From contig JBMFRX010000003.1 in NCBI GenBank assembly GCA_049967855.1, positions 1 to 64,000 on the forward strand: a stretch of DNA of 64,000 nucleotides, in the 5' to 3' direction. Positions 49,794 to 58,972 of the stretch are shown in pieces. The stretch comes from Caldisericaceae bacterium (GTDB lineage Bacteria > Caldisericota > Caldisericia > Caldisericales > Caldisericaceae). Made by a program: the position numbers and the translations under genes. A model generated the notes under the pieces. That model was not told the DNA's origin. It was given only the letters and a program-made list of their open reading frames with translations, and made no database searches. Position 1 is the first letter of the stretch. Every line of letters starts with the position of its first letter.

Positions 49794-50528
49794 CTATTCT
49801 TCAAGTCCGGAAGAAGTAATAATTGTGCCTACTTCTCCCTCGAGAACTGCCTTAATAAGATTATCTTTACCCTTCATGTTAAACAGAATAATTGGCATTT
49901 CGTAATCCCTGCACAGAGAAACAGCAGTAGCGTCCATCGCTTTAAGATTCTTTGCAAGAAATTCTGTATAGTTTATCTTAATATACTTCTTGGCATTCTT
50001 GAACTTGCTTGGGTCAGCTGAATAAATTGCATCAACCTTCGTGGCTTTGAACAGAGCATTTGCTTTAATTTCAAGCGCCCTAAGAGCTGCTGTAGTATCA
50101 GTTGTAAAGAAAGGAAGCCCTGTACCGCCAGCAAATATCACGAGCCTTCCCTTCTCAAAATGTGATAATGCTTTTGTCAAAATATACGGCTCGGCAACCT
50201 GATTCAGAGAAAGTGAGGACATTACACGTGCATCAACTCCACGCGAAATAATGAAATTCTGCAGTGCAAGAGCGTTGATAACCGTAGCAAGCATTCCCAT
50301 ATAGTCAGCAGTAGCTCTATCAATGCCAAGAGTTTCTCCCTCAGCTCCACGAAGAATGTTGCCACCGCCAATTACAATCCCAATCTGCACACCTTTGTCT
50401 TTTATAAAGATAAGTTGGTCGACAAGGTCATTCATTAAGTCAATATCAAGACCATACTCTTTTGTTCCCAAAAGAGCTTCGCCACTCAACTTTAAAATAA
50501 TCCTCTTAAATTGAGGCAACCTATTCAC
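49794..50528 (-). CDS. pyrH: UMP kinase
   Basis: LKLSGEAL, GGGNI.RG, ADYMGMLAT, PFFTTDT.A.LRA, MDATA. Confidence 0.97.
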   Translation of the reverse strand: MNRLPQFKRIILKLSGEALLGTKEYGLDIDLMNDLVDQLIFIKDKGVQIGIVIGGGNILRGAEGETLGIDRATADYMGMLATVINALALQNFIISRGVDARVMSSLSLNQVAEPYILTKALSHFEKGRLVIFAGGTGLPFFTTDTTAALRALEIKANALFKATKVDAIYSADPSKFKNAKKYIKINYTEFLAKNLKAMDATAVSLCRDYEMPIILFNMKGKDNLIKAVLEGEVGTIITSSGLEE

Positions 50529-51108
50529 CCACCTTGAATCTCGAGAACCTTCTCACTGTAATATTTTCGCCGAATTTCGCAATATACTCCTTGATTAACT
50601 CCTCAATAGTATGGCTCTCATCCTTAATGTAGGGCATTTCCAACAAACAGTGTTCTTTAAAGAATGTTTCAATCTTTCCCTGAACTATTTTTTCAATAAC
50701 ATTTGCAGGTTTCTTCTCTTCTTCAAGCTGTTTTGTGTAGATTTCCTTTTCTTTAGCAAGAGTTTCTTCGTCGACATCTTCTCGCGAAACATACTCAGGG
50801 CTGGACGCAGCTATCTGCAAAGCAATGTCGCTTGCCAATGCCTTAAACTCTGGCGTCCTGGCAACAAAGTCAGTCTCACAATTAACTTCAACAAGAACTC
50901 CAAGCTGGTCGCCAGGATGGATGTAGGCAGTAACAACTCCTTGATTCGTTTCTCTTCCAGATTTCTTAACTGCCTTCGCTATTCCTTTCTCACGCAAGAT
51001 TTCAATGGCCTTCTCTATGTCTCCATTGGAATCGGCAAGAGCTTTATTACAATCAGAAATACCAGCACCAGTTCTTGCTCTTAATTCTTTTACACGTTCT
51101 AAATCCAT
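50521..51108 (-). CDS. tsf: Elongation factor Ts (short form)
   Basis: VKELR.RTGAG..DC.KAL, EVNCETDFVA, KFGENI.VRRF.RF..GE. Confidence 0.97.
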   Translation of the reverse strand: MDLERVKELRARTGAGISDCNKALADSNGDIEKAIEILREKGIAKAVKKSGRETNQGVVTAYIHPGDQLGVLVEVNCETDFVARTPEFKALASDIALQIAASSPEYVSREDVDEETLAKEKEIYTKQLEEEKKPANVIEKIVQGKIETFFKEHCLLEMPYIKDESHTIEELIKEYIAKFGENITVRRFSRFKVGE

Positions 51109-51122
51109 TATTCACCTCTTAA

Positions 51123-51914
51123 TTATTCTTTTTCTAAATGTTCAAAATCTTCGAAATTCAGTTCCTCTTTAAGAAGACTCTCTGCTTCCTCTGACGAAAC
51201 TTCATCGTTAGTTGCGGCTTCTTCGCCAGTTTTGCCTTCTCTACCTTCTATAACTGCGTTTGCGATAAGAGAAGTAAACATTCTTATGGAACGAATGGCA
51301 TCGTCATTTCCTGGAATCGGCAGATCAATCTCATCAGGATTTGAATTCGAATCAACAATTGCTATAATTGGTATGTTAAGTTTTCTTGCCTCGAGAATTG
51401 CGCTTCTCTCTTTGTGAGTGTCTGTTACGAAAATTGCTGCAGGAAGCGTAACAAGATTCTTTAGTCCTCCAAAAAGCTTTCTCAGTTTTGCCAGCTCTCG
51501 CTGAAGGTCAACTCTCTCTTTTACAGTGATTGTATCAAAATAGCCTTCGCTTTCGAGCTTCTCCAGCTCTTTGAGCCTGTTAATGCTTTTCTTCACGGTA
51601 GAGAAATTCGTCAAAAGGCCTCCAACCCACCTTTCGTTAACATAAAACATCCCGCTTCTTTCGGCTTCTTCTCTAACAATGTCCTGCGCAGCCTTCTTAG
51701 TGCCGACAAAAATTAACTTACCGCCTTCCTTTGATGTGTTTACAACAAAATTGTAAGCTTCTTCAATTTTCTGAGTTGTAAGCCTCAGGTCAAAGATATG
51801 GATTCCATTTCTCTCGGTAAATATGTACTCCTTCATTCTTGGATCCCATCTCTTCGATTGATGCCCAAAATGTACGCCTGCTTCAAGCAGTTCTTTCATT
51901 GATACTACAGCCAT
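51123..51914 (-). CDS. rpsB: 30S ribosomal protein S2
   Basis: MKELLEAGVHFGHQ, FVGTKK, RW.GG.LTNF, IPGNDDAIRS. Start at ATG 51914 after SD AGGAGG. Confidence 0.98.
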   Translation of the reverse strand: MAVVSMKELLEAGVHFGHQSKRWDPRMKEYIFTERNGIHIFDLRLTTQKIEEAYNFVVNTSKEGGKLIFVGTKKAAQDIVREEAERSGMFYVNERWVGGLLTNFSTVKKSINRLKELEKLESEGYFDTITVKERVDLQRELAKLRKLFGGLKNLVTLPAAIFVTDTHKERSAILEARKLNIPIIAIVDSNSNPDEIDLPIPGNDDAIRSIRMFTSLIANAVIEGREGKTGEEAATNDEVSSEEAESLLKEELNFEDFEHLEKE

Positions 51915-51934
51915 TATAAAACCTCCTAAAGTTT

Positions 51935-52000
51935 TTATCCTCCCCTCTTTCATCTTTTGCTGGGCACAGTGTGCACTTTCACAAAATCCAGAGGGTGTGA
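51935..52000 (-). ncRNA. Probable rpsB (S2) autoregulatory leader
   Basis: Reverse complement CACACCCTCT...GTGC...GC...GATGAA-AGAGGG-GAGG; CCCTCT/AGAGGG closing stem and CACAC/GTGC elements as in S2 leaders. Confidence 0.6.
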
Positions 52001-52345
52001 ATTTTCAATATATTTTAAAGATTTATCATAAAAAATCAAGAGGAAGAATTGCCTCATCAAGAATCTCTGATTAGGCGCAGTCCACATAGGCAAGAAACAA
52101 GTTTCTAAATTAGCCACGCTTCCTAATACAATTACTCCACCGAAACTCTCTTCTAATGATTTTTTTCTGAGCCATTATCAGTAGACTCAAAAAAGCGAAG
52201 AGAGAAATGAACGAAGAGCAAATTGAATAATACCCAAAGTGGAAAGTCTAAATTCAACTAAGCTGAATATTTTTTATGCAATTTCAGTTATCCTGCAAAG
52301 GAACATCGGGAAGCAAGTACGCACGTTTCCTTTAAAAAGCCCAAC

Positions 52346-53515
52346 TTACTTAAAGAGATTTAGAGCTAACCTCGTATGCAACTCAACCCCAATCGCAAGG
52401 ACATCTTCATCAAAATCAAAAAATGCAGAGTGATGAGGCTTATCAAGACCTTTCTCTTTGTTGGAGCTCCCCAGCCAGAAGTAAGCTCCTTTGACTTTTT
52501 GAAGGAAATAGGCCATATCCTCTCCACCCATTGAAATTGGTGCCTCAACCACATTATCGCCGCCAACAACAGTTGCAGCAATTTTTCTCACATAATTTGC
52601 AGATTCTTCATCATTTACTAAAGGCGGATATCCAAAGGAATAGCTTAGTTCAGCATCTCCTCCGAGTGCTTTTGCAATATTCTTGGCGATTCTTTCAATT
52701 CTTCCAGGCATTGACTTGGCTACAGACTCTTCAATAGTTCTAACAGTTCCTTCGAGTATAGCTGTTTCTGGTATTACGTTGAAAGCATCTCCTGAGGAAA
52801 TCTTGCCCACAGTGACAACAACTGAATCTATGGGATCAATTTCACGGGAAACGATAGATTGCAGAGAAACAACAATCTGTGAAGCTATTAGAATTGGGTC
52901 AACGGACTTGTGAGGATATGCTCCGTGGCCTCCTTTGCCTTTAATTTTGATAACAAAGCTATCAGGTTCGGCCATAAAAGGACCATTCTTAATATAAACT
53001 GTCCCTGCAGGGAAAAAATTGCCAAGATGTAATCCAAATGCCCTGTCAACACTTGGGTTTTCAAGTATCCCCTCTTCAATCATTTTTATAGCTCCGCCAG
53101 GGTCTTTTTCTTCGGAGGGTTGGAAGGCAAATTTTACATTCACGTTTAATTCGTCTCTGTGTTTAGAAATGATTTTCGAAGCCACAAGTAACATCGCAGT
53201 ATGGGCATCATGTCCACACGCATGCATTATGCCTGCATTTTTTGATTTGTAGGGCACATCATTCAGCTCTTGAATAGGGAGGGCGTCCATATCTGCTCTC
53301 AGGAGCAAAGTCTTGGTTTTCCCTGCATCAAGATAACCCAGAACCCCCGTGCCAGCAACAGTAGAAACATCTATTCCAACATTTCTGAGATACTCCTGAA
53401 CGATTCGAGAAGTTCTTCTTTCCTCAAAACCAATCTCTGGATACATATGAAAATCTCTTCTCAAGCTTACAACTTCATCCTTCAATGCGAAGACTTCTTC
53501 ACTCACTTTGTCCAT
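52346..53515 (-). CDS. M20D family amidohydrolase
   Basis: RRDFH.YPE.GFEE, LRADMDALP, MHACGHD.H, FQPSEE, GGEDMAY, HH...FD.DE. Confidence 0.93.
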   Translation of the reverse strand: MDKVSEEVFALKDEVVSLRRDFHMYPEIGFEERRTSRIVQEYLRNVGIDVSTVAGTGVLGYLDAGKTKTLLLRADMDALPIQELNDVPYKSKNAGIMHACGHDAHTAMLLVASKIISKHRDELNVNVKFAFQPSEEKDPGGAIKMIEEGILENPSVDRAFGLHLGNFFPAGTVYIKNGPFMAEPDSFVIKIKGKGGHGAYPHKSVDPILIASQIVVSLQSIVSREIDPIDSVVVTVGKISSGDAFNVIPETAILEGTVRTIEESVAKSMPGRIERIAKNIAKALGGDAELSYSFGYPPLVNDEESANYVRKIAATVVGGDNVVEAPISMGGEDMAYFLQKVKGAYFWLGSSNKEKGLDKPHHSAFFDFDEDVLAIGVELHTRLALNLFK

Positions 53516-53533
53516 TGTTCCTCCCCGTTTAAA

Positions 53534-54985
53534 TTACTCATTTTCATCTTCTCCGTTCTGCATATTGTACTGCCTTAGTTTATTGAAAAGTGATTTTCTA
53601 GAAATGCCAAGGAGTTTTGCAGCTTTTGTTTTGTTGCCTTCGCACTCTGTAAGCGCTTTTGAAATTGCTTCTTTTTCAACAGAGGCAATTAGCTCTGGCA
53701 GAGGTATTATGCTGCTTACAGCATTTTCCACTTGCTTTTCAGTCTCCTTCGCATTGTATATTCTCCTTTTTGCACCATCAACGATCTCTTTGGGTAAATT
53801 ATCAATCATTATCATCGTGGAAGATGTTACAATGACTCCCCTTGCGATTGTGTTCTCGAGTTCTCTAACATTGCCAGGCCAATCATAACTTAAAAAGAGG
53901 TCAATAACCTCAGGAGAAACTGCTTTGACTTCTTTACCATATTTATTCGCAAACTTTTCCACAAAATATGATGTAAGCAAAGGTATATCTTCTTTTCTAT
54001 CTCGTAACGTAGGAAGTGCTATCGTCACAATGTTGAGCCTGTAAAAAAGGTCTTCCCTGAAATTTCCTGAAGCAACCAGCTCTTCAAGGTTTCTGTTTGT
54101 AGCCGCAATAATCCGAGCACCTGTCACTATGGGCTCATTACCGCCAACTCGAGTAAATGTTTTGTCTTGAAGGACTCTCAGGAGTTTTGCCTGCAAGTTA
54201 AGAGTCATATCCCCAATCTCATCAAGGAATATTGTTCCATCAGTTGCTTGCTCAAATTTACCGATGTGCCTTGATACAGCGTCAGTAAAAGAACCCTTTT
54301 CGTGACCGAATAGTTCTGACTCGAGAAGAGTCTCAGGAATTGCTGCGCAATTAACCACCACAAAAGGCCTATCTTTCTTTTCGCTATGGTTGTGAAGAGC
54401 TTTGGCAACGAGCTCCTTGCCTGTTCCACTCTCTCCTCTTATAAGAACTGTCGCATCAGAATCCGCAACTCTTCCTATCTGCTTGTAAACTTCCTGCATA
54501 GGCAATGAATCGCCTATTATCTCATCTGAAGTGTACTGAAAATGATTCTTCGTTTTGAGTGTATTTTGAGTTATTTCCCTGAGGTCTATTGCTTTCTTTA
54601 TCTTTATCTTTAATTCTTCTATATCAAACGGCTTAGTAAGATAATCGTAGGCTCCCTGCTTCATTGCTTTAATTGCCACGTCAGAGCTTCCATAAGCAGT
54701 AAGGAATATCACAGGAAGATGAGGATCAATCTCCTTAATCTTAAGAAAAGCCTCCATACCATCAAGCTTTGGCATTCTAACGTCAAGCAAAGCGCAATCA
54801 AAATCGTGGTCCTTGGATTCAAAAGCCTTAACCGCTTCAGCTCCATTGTCATATATGAAGGGGAGGTATCCCTCGCTCTCAAGGACTTCCTTGAGAAGTA
54901 CTCTCACGTTCTCCTCGTCGTCTGCAACAAGGATTCTATATTTGTAAGTTTTCAATTCATTCACCTCGCGGGAGATAAATCGCAA
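53534..54985 (-). CDS. NtrC/AtoC family response regulator (REC-AAA+-Fis HTH)
   Basis: ADDE/LLDVRMP/KPF receiver, GESGTGKE, ESELFGHEKGSFTDA, FLDEIG, WPGNVREL, C-terminal HTH. True start probably about 30 nt downstream. Confidence 0.93.
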   Translation of the reverse strand: MRFISREVNELKTYKYRILVADDEENVRVLLKEVLESEGYLPFIYDNGAEAVKAFESKDHDFDCALLDVRMPKLDGMEAFLKIKEIDPHLPVIFLTAYGSSDVAIKAMKQGAYDYLTKPFDIEELKIKIKKAIDLREITQNTLKTKNHFQYTSDEIIGDSLPMQEVYKQIGRVADSDATVLIRGESGTGKELVAKALHNHSEKKDRPFVVVNCAAIPETLLESELFGHEKGSFTDAVSRHIGKFEQATDGTIFLDEIGDMTLNLQAKLLRVLQDKTFTRVGGNEPIVTGARIIAATNRNLEELVASGNFREDLFYRLNIVTIALPTLRDRKEDIPLLTSYFVEKFANKYGKEVKAVSPEVIDLFLSYDWPGNVRELENTIARGVIVTSSTMIMIDNLPKEIVDGAKRRIYNAKETEKQVENAVSSIIPLPELIASVEKEAISKALTECEGNKTKAAKLLGISRKSLFNKLRQYNMQNGEDENE

Positions 54986-56336
54986 AGGTTGTACCTTCTC
55001 CTTTGTGGCTCGAAACTTCTATTCTGCCCCCGTGCTCGCTCACTACCCTGTCCACAATAGCAAGTCCAAGTCCAGTTCCCTCGGCCTTGGTCGTATAGAA
55101 CGGCACAAATATATTCTTCATTTCATCGTCACTCAAACCAACACCCGTATCGCTAACTTTTATAAGTACCATATCACCAGATTGCTCACAACGCAAAGAG
55201 AGAGTGCCCTCTTCCCCCATTGCCTGAATTCCATTAATGAATAGATTTAGGAAAAGCTCTTCAAGCTTCTTTTCGTCGGCACTAATTTGAAAGTCGCCAC
55301 AAATTATGTCAAATTGAATCTTTCTTTGAGAAGCATATTGCTTCGCCATTTCAACAATGTGGTCAAAAAAAGGCCTCAGGTTTATGTGAGTCTTCTGAAG
55401 TTCCGCAGGCTTTCCGTACTTTAATAGGTCGTTAACAATGTTCTCAAGCCTCTCTGATTCGGTCAATATTGGCTTTACGTAGCGCTCTTCTTCTTTGCCT
55501 TGCAGTTTCTTCATAAGAATCTGCGAGAAACCCTTAATCGAAGTCAAAGGATTTCTCACTTCGTGAACAACTCCTGCGGTAAACATACCCAGGTTTCTCA
55601 ACGATTCTGTCCGTTTCATTTCATTTATGCTTTTTTCCAGGCTCTCTGCCATGCTGTTCACGGATAGAGCTATATCGCCAATTTCTCCTCCGTAGTTTGG
55701 AAATCTGAAATCAAGGTTGCTCTCAAGTTTCTTAAGGCCTCTTCTTATAAGAATTATCTTATAAGTGAAGAACGATATGATAAGGAAAACTGCCAATGCC
55801 AGCGCTATAATACTGTAAAGGGTTACACGATTAATATCTTCCTGCATCTGTTTGACAGGCTTTAGCACAGTCGTATATGGCTCGTCCACAAAAACATATC
55901 CAGTTCTATCATCAAGAGTTTTGATGGAACTTACCACGGTTATTTTGTTATCAAGAGTGTAGGTTGCATTACCGTTATACGATGCCTTGGAATCAAGAAA
56001 AGGTATATAATAGCCAAACTCAAGATCTGGGAAACTGCTTGTGAAAGAAGCAAAATAATCCTGGAATACTGGCTTCAAGAACAATGTAATGTAAAGATTC
56101 TGCTCGCTCTCTTTCATTGAGGCAAAGTTTCTCGAAACGTATTCTGAAGAGTACATTTTATTGAACCTGTCGGCAATCTGAGATGATATAACAGAAAGTC
56201 TTTTTGTCTCTATTTCTACAGTATTTGTTGCAACGCTCTTCATAACAATCGAAGTTATGAAAGTTACATTGAAAATCACAAACAAAAGAAGAACAATCGT
56301 AAGCTGGAACCTCATTGATTGGAAGAATCTCTTCAT
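54957..56336 (-). CDS. Sensor histidine kinase (2 TM, HAMP-like, HisKA, HATPase)
   Basis: HEVRNPLTSI, NL..N, D.GVG, F.PFYTTK, GTGLGL. Confidence 0.93.
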   Translation of the reverse strand: MKRFFQSMRFQLTIVLLLFVIFNVTFITSIVMKSVATNTVEIETKRLSVISSQIADRFNKMYSSEYVSRNFASMKESEQNLYITLFLKPVFQDYFASFTSSFPDLEFGYYIPFLDSKASYNGNATYTLDNKITVVSSIKTLDDRTGYVFVDEPYTTVLKPVKQMQEDINRVTLYSIIALALAVFLIISFFTYKIILIRRGLKKLESNLDFRFPNYGGEIGDIALSVNSMAESLEKSINEMKRTESLRNLGMFTAGVVHEVRNPLTSIKGFSQILMKKLQGKEEERYVKPILTESERLENIVNDLLKYGKPAELQKTHINLRPFFDHIVEMAKQYASQRKIQFDIICGDFQISADEKKLEELFLNLFINGIQAMGEEGTLSLRCEQSGDMVLIKVSDTGVGLSDDEMKNIFVPFYTTKAEGTGLGLAIVDRVVSEHGGRIEVSSHKGEGTTFAIYLPRGE

Positions 56337-57299
56337 CTAAACCGACACTTCCTCTATAGTTCTGTATAAATCATAGTTAATTCTCTTCTCTTTCTTTACT
56401 GCATCTTCAAGCGGAATTAAGGTTATTTTATTGTCTCTGATACCCACAAGCTTTCCGCTTTCTCCCATAAGCAGTTGATTGACGGCTTCTTCTGCAAAAA
56501 GAGTCGCAATAATTCTGTCAAACCTTGTAGGAGAACCGCCCCGCTGTATGTATCCCAAAACCGAAATTCTTATATCTACATCCTGTATGTGCGATTTTAT
56601 AAGCTTCTCAAGGTCTTGAGCGTGGATAGCTCCTTCAGCGCAGACAATCATATGGTGCATTTTATTTTTTGCGATACCGTTTTTTATATTTTCAATTATT
56701 TTTTGAATATCAAACTTAACTTCAGGAACAAGCACAATATCAGCCCCTGAAGCAAGTCCTGCATCAAGAGCTATAAAACCCTTGTCTCTCCCCATTACCT
56801 CAATTACAAATGAGCGAGCATGAGAAGTTGCAGTGTCTCTTATCTTATCAATCGCCTGAATAGCAGTATTCACGGCAGTATCAAAGCCTATAGTATAATC
56901 TGTCCCCCAAAGGTCATTATCAATAGTTGAAGCAACGCCCATAGTACGAAATCCCTTTTCAGCAATTGACAGATTGCCAGTCTGAGAACCGTTGCCACCT
57001 ATAACCACAAGCCCTTCAATACCTTCGCTTTTCAAATTATCGATTGCTTTATACTGGTATTCAGCACTCTTGAAATCTTCGTCTCTGCTTGTCATAAGAG
57101 CTGTCCCGCCCTTTTCAAGCAGACCGCTTACATCACGAGGCTTCATCAGGTGAAAATCTTTTTCCACAAGGCCTTTGTAACCATAATGCACTCCAACAAC
57201 TTCAAGACCTCTTGCGTTGCCAATTCTTACAACGCTCCTGATTGCTGCATTCATACCAGGAGCATCTCCTCCTGAAGTAAGAACAGCTATCCGTTTCAT
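56337..57299 (-). CDS. pfkA: ATP-dependent 6-phosphofructokinase
   Basis: LTSGGDAPGMNAAIR, GGNGS, STIDND, EVMGR, LGYIQRGG. Confidence 0.93.
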   Translation of the reverse strand: MKRIAVLTSGGDAPGMNAAIRSVVRIGNARGLEVVGVHYGYKGLVEKDFHLMKPRDVSGLLEKGGTALMTSRDEDFKSAEYQYKAIDNLKSEGIEGLVVIGGNGSQTGNLSIAEKGFRTMGVASTIDNDLWGTDYTIGFDTAVNTAIQAIDKIRDTATSHARSFVIEVMGRDKGFIALDAGLASGADIVLVPEVKFDIQKIIENIKNGIAKNKMHHMIVCAEGAIHAQDLEKLIKSHIQDVDIRISVLGYIQRGGSPTRFDRIIATLFAEEAVNQLLMGESGKLVGIRDNKITLIPLEDAVKKEKRINYDLYRTIEEVSV

Positions 57300-58315
57300 C
57301 TCCTTAAGACCTCGGCAAGCTCAATCCACTCATTTGAAACCGTTTTGAGGTGTCCACAGGCATCTTCTAATGGTATAGAAATTATATTTTCTCCAGAGAG
57401 TGCTGCCATTTTACCAAATTCACCGTTGTGTATCATTTCTACAGCCTTTACTCCCGTTCGTGTTGCAAGAATTCTATCAAAAACAGTAGGCGGCCCCCCA
57501 CGTTGAATGTGACCGATGACGGCACTCCTTACTGAAACGCCCGTATTTTTCTCAATCAAGTCTGCAACAAACTGACACACGCCTTTTCTCTGGAGGAGCG
57601 CATGCCCAAACTGGTCAATCTCGGTGCTTTCACCATCTCCAATGTCAATACCTTCTGAAACTACAACAAGAGCGTATCCTTTCTTCTCATATGCGTTCCT
57701 GAGGTGAGAATACATTTTCTCAAAGTCAGGCTTCTCCTCAGGGATAAGTATCCAATCAGCTCCACCGGCAATTCCAGTGTACAATGCAACCCACCCTGCT
57801 TCTCTTCCCATAACTTCGAGCACAATAATCCGCTTGTGAGATTTAGCAGTATCTCTCAATCTTGATAGAGCATCAACAGATACTTCAACCGAAGTATTAA
57901 AACCGAAAGTGGAATCGGTTCCCGAGAGGTCGTTATCCATTGTTTTCGGGACACCAACCACAGGCAGTTTTAGAAGTTTGTGCACCTTCAATGCAACCCC
58001 AAGAGTGTCGTCTCCTCCAATTGCAACCAATGCATCCAAGCCAAACTTAGTGAATGTCTCAACAATCTTTGCGTCTCCGCCTTCAATTTTGAAAGGATTT
58101 GTGCGCGACGTAAAAAGTATGGTGCCACCTTCATCTATAATATCATCAACATCATCTATAGAAAGCTCTCTTGACTTCCCTTCAATGATTCCTTTCCAGC
58201 CTTCTTCAAAACCAATCACTTCATCTCCTAATGATGAAGCTTTGAAAACAATGCCTCTGATTGCGGGATTAAGTCCTGGACAATCTCCGCCACCTGTAAG
58301 AACTCCTATCTTCAT
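57296..58315 (-). CDS. pfp: Phosphofructokinase, probably PPi-dependent (group III-like)
   Basis: LTGGGDCPGLN, TSRTNP, GGDDT, PKTMDND (Asp/Lys PPi determinants), EVMGR. Confidence 0.8.
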   Translation of the reverse strand: MKIGVLTGGGDCPGLNPAIRGIVFKASSLGDEVIGFEEGWKGIIEGKSRELSIDDVDDIIDEGGTILFTSRTNPFKIEGGDAKIVETFTKFGLDALVAIGGDDTLGVALKVHKLLKLPVVGVPKTMDNDLSGTDSTFGFNTSVEVSVDALSRLRDTAKSHKRIIVLEVMGREAGWVALYTGIAGGADWILIPEEKPDFEKMYSHLRNAYEKKGYALVVVSEGIDIGDGESTEIDQFGHALLQRKGVCQFVADLIEKNTGVSVRSAVIGHIQRGGPPTVFDRILATRTGVKAVEMIHNGEFGKMAALSGENIISIPLEDACGHLKTVSNEWIELAEVLRR

Positions 58316-58794
58316 AGTTTACCTCCATTGTTTAGTATGTCTATTGTTTTGTTCAATGCAATCTCAACAGTTTTTAAACGTATTTGTTCCCTTGAACCTG
58401 CAAGGTGTTCTTCAAATGTGAATGTTTTTTCTTTTGTAGCAACGCCTACATAAACAAGCCCAACAGGCTTTCCTTCAACTGCTGCTGGCCCAGCAATCCC
58501 TGTAGTTGAAATAGCAAGGTCTGACATAAAAATCGCTCGCACTCGTCTCGCAAGCTCGTAAGCTACTTCAGCACTTACAGTTCCAAAATTGTCAACAATT
58601 TGCACTGGTACTTTCACAATTTGCTCTTTAGCAAACACGCTATAAACAACGATGCCGCCCAAATAATATTCGGAGCTGCCGCTCACGTCAGTGATGACTT
58701 TGCTGAGCAATCCCCCTGTGAGAGATTCCGCAACACTCAGAGTAAGCCTTCTCTTGAGGAGCAATTTGCTTAATTCAATCTCATAACCTTCCAT
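58312..58794 (-). CDS. pncC: CinA C-terminal domain / NMN deamidase PncC
   Basis: VAESLTGG, GSS.Y..GG.VVYS..AK, VSAEVA, STTGIAGP, KPVGLVY. Start at ATG 58794 (probably leaderless). Confidence 0.88.
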   Translation of the reverse strand: MEGYEIELSKLLLKRRLTLSVAESLTGGLLSKVITDVSGSSEYYLGGIVVYSVFAKEQIVKVPVQIVDNFGTVSAEVAYELARRVRAIFMSDLAISTTGIAGPAAVEGKPVGLVYVGVATKEKTFTFEEHLAGSREQIRLKTVEIALNKTIDILNNGGKL

Positions 58795-58972
58795 TGAGTA
58801 AATTTTACACAATTTATGAAATTATGCAACAGCCCAAGAAAAACAGACTTAACACGACCGTTTCTTTTCATTTTTAAATCCTCCCAGGACAATTAATAAA
58901 ATCAATCATCTCTGCTATAATATACCAAATAAACTTGCAGGAAAATAAATATAAAAACAAAAGGAGTTTAAA

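Noticed and set aside
52020..52345. Hidden gene or second CRISPR-like unit in the gap between the amidohydrolase and rpsB (minus-strand CTTGCCTATGTGGA)
   Set aside because: Only about 10 nt match the 160-190 repeat and the ATTGAAAC handle is absent; the short ORFs have no RBS or recognisable motif.
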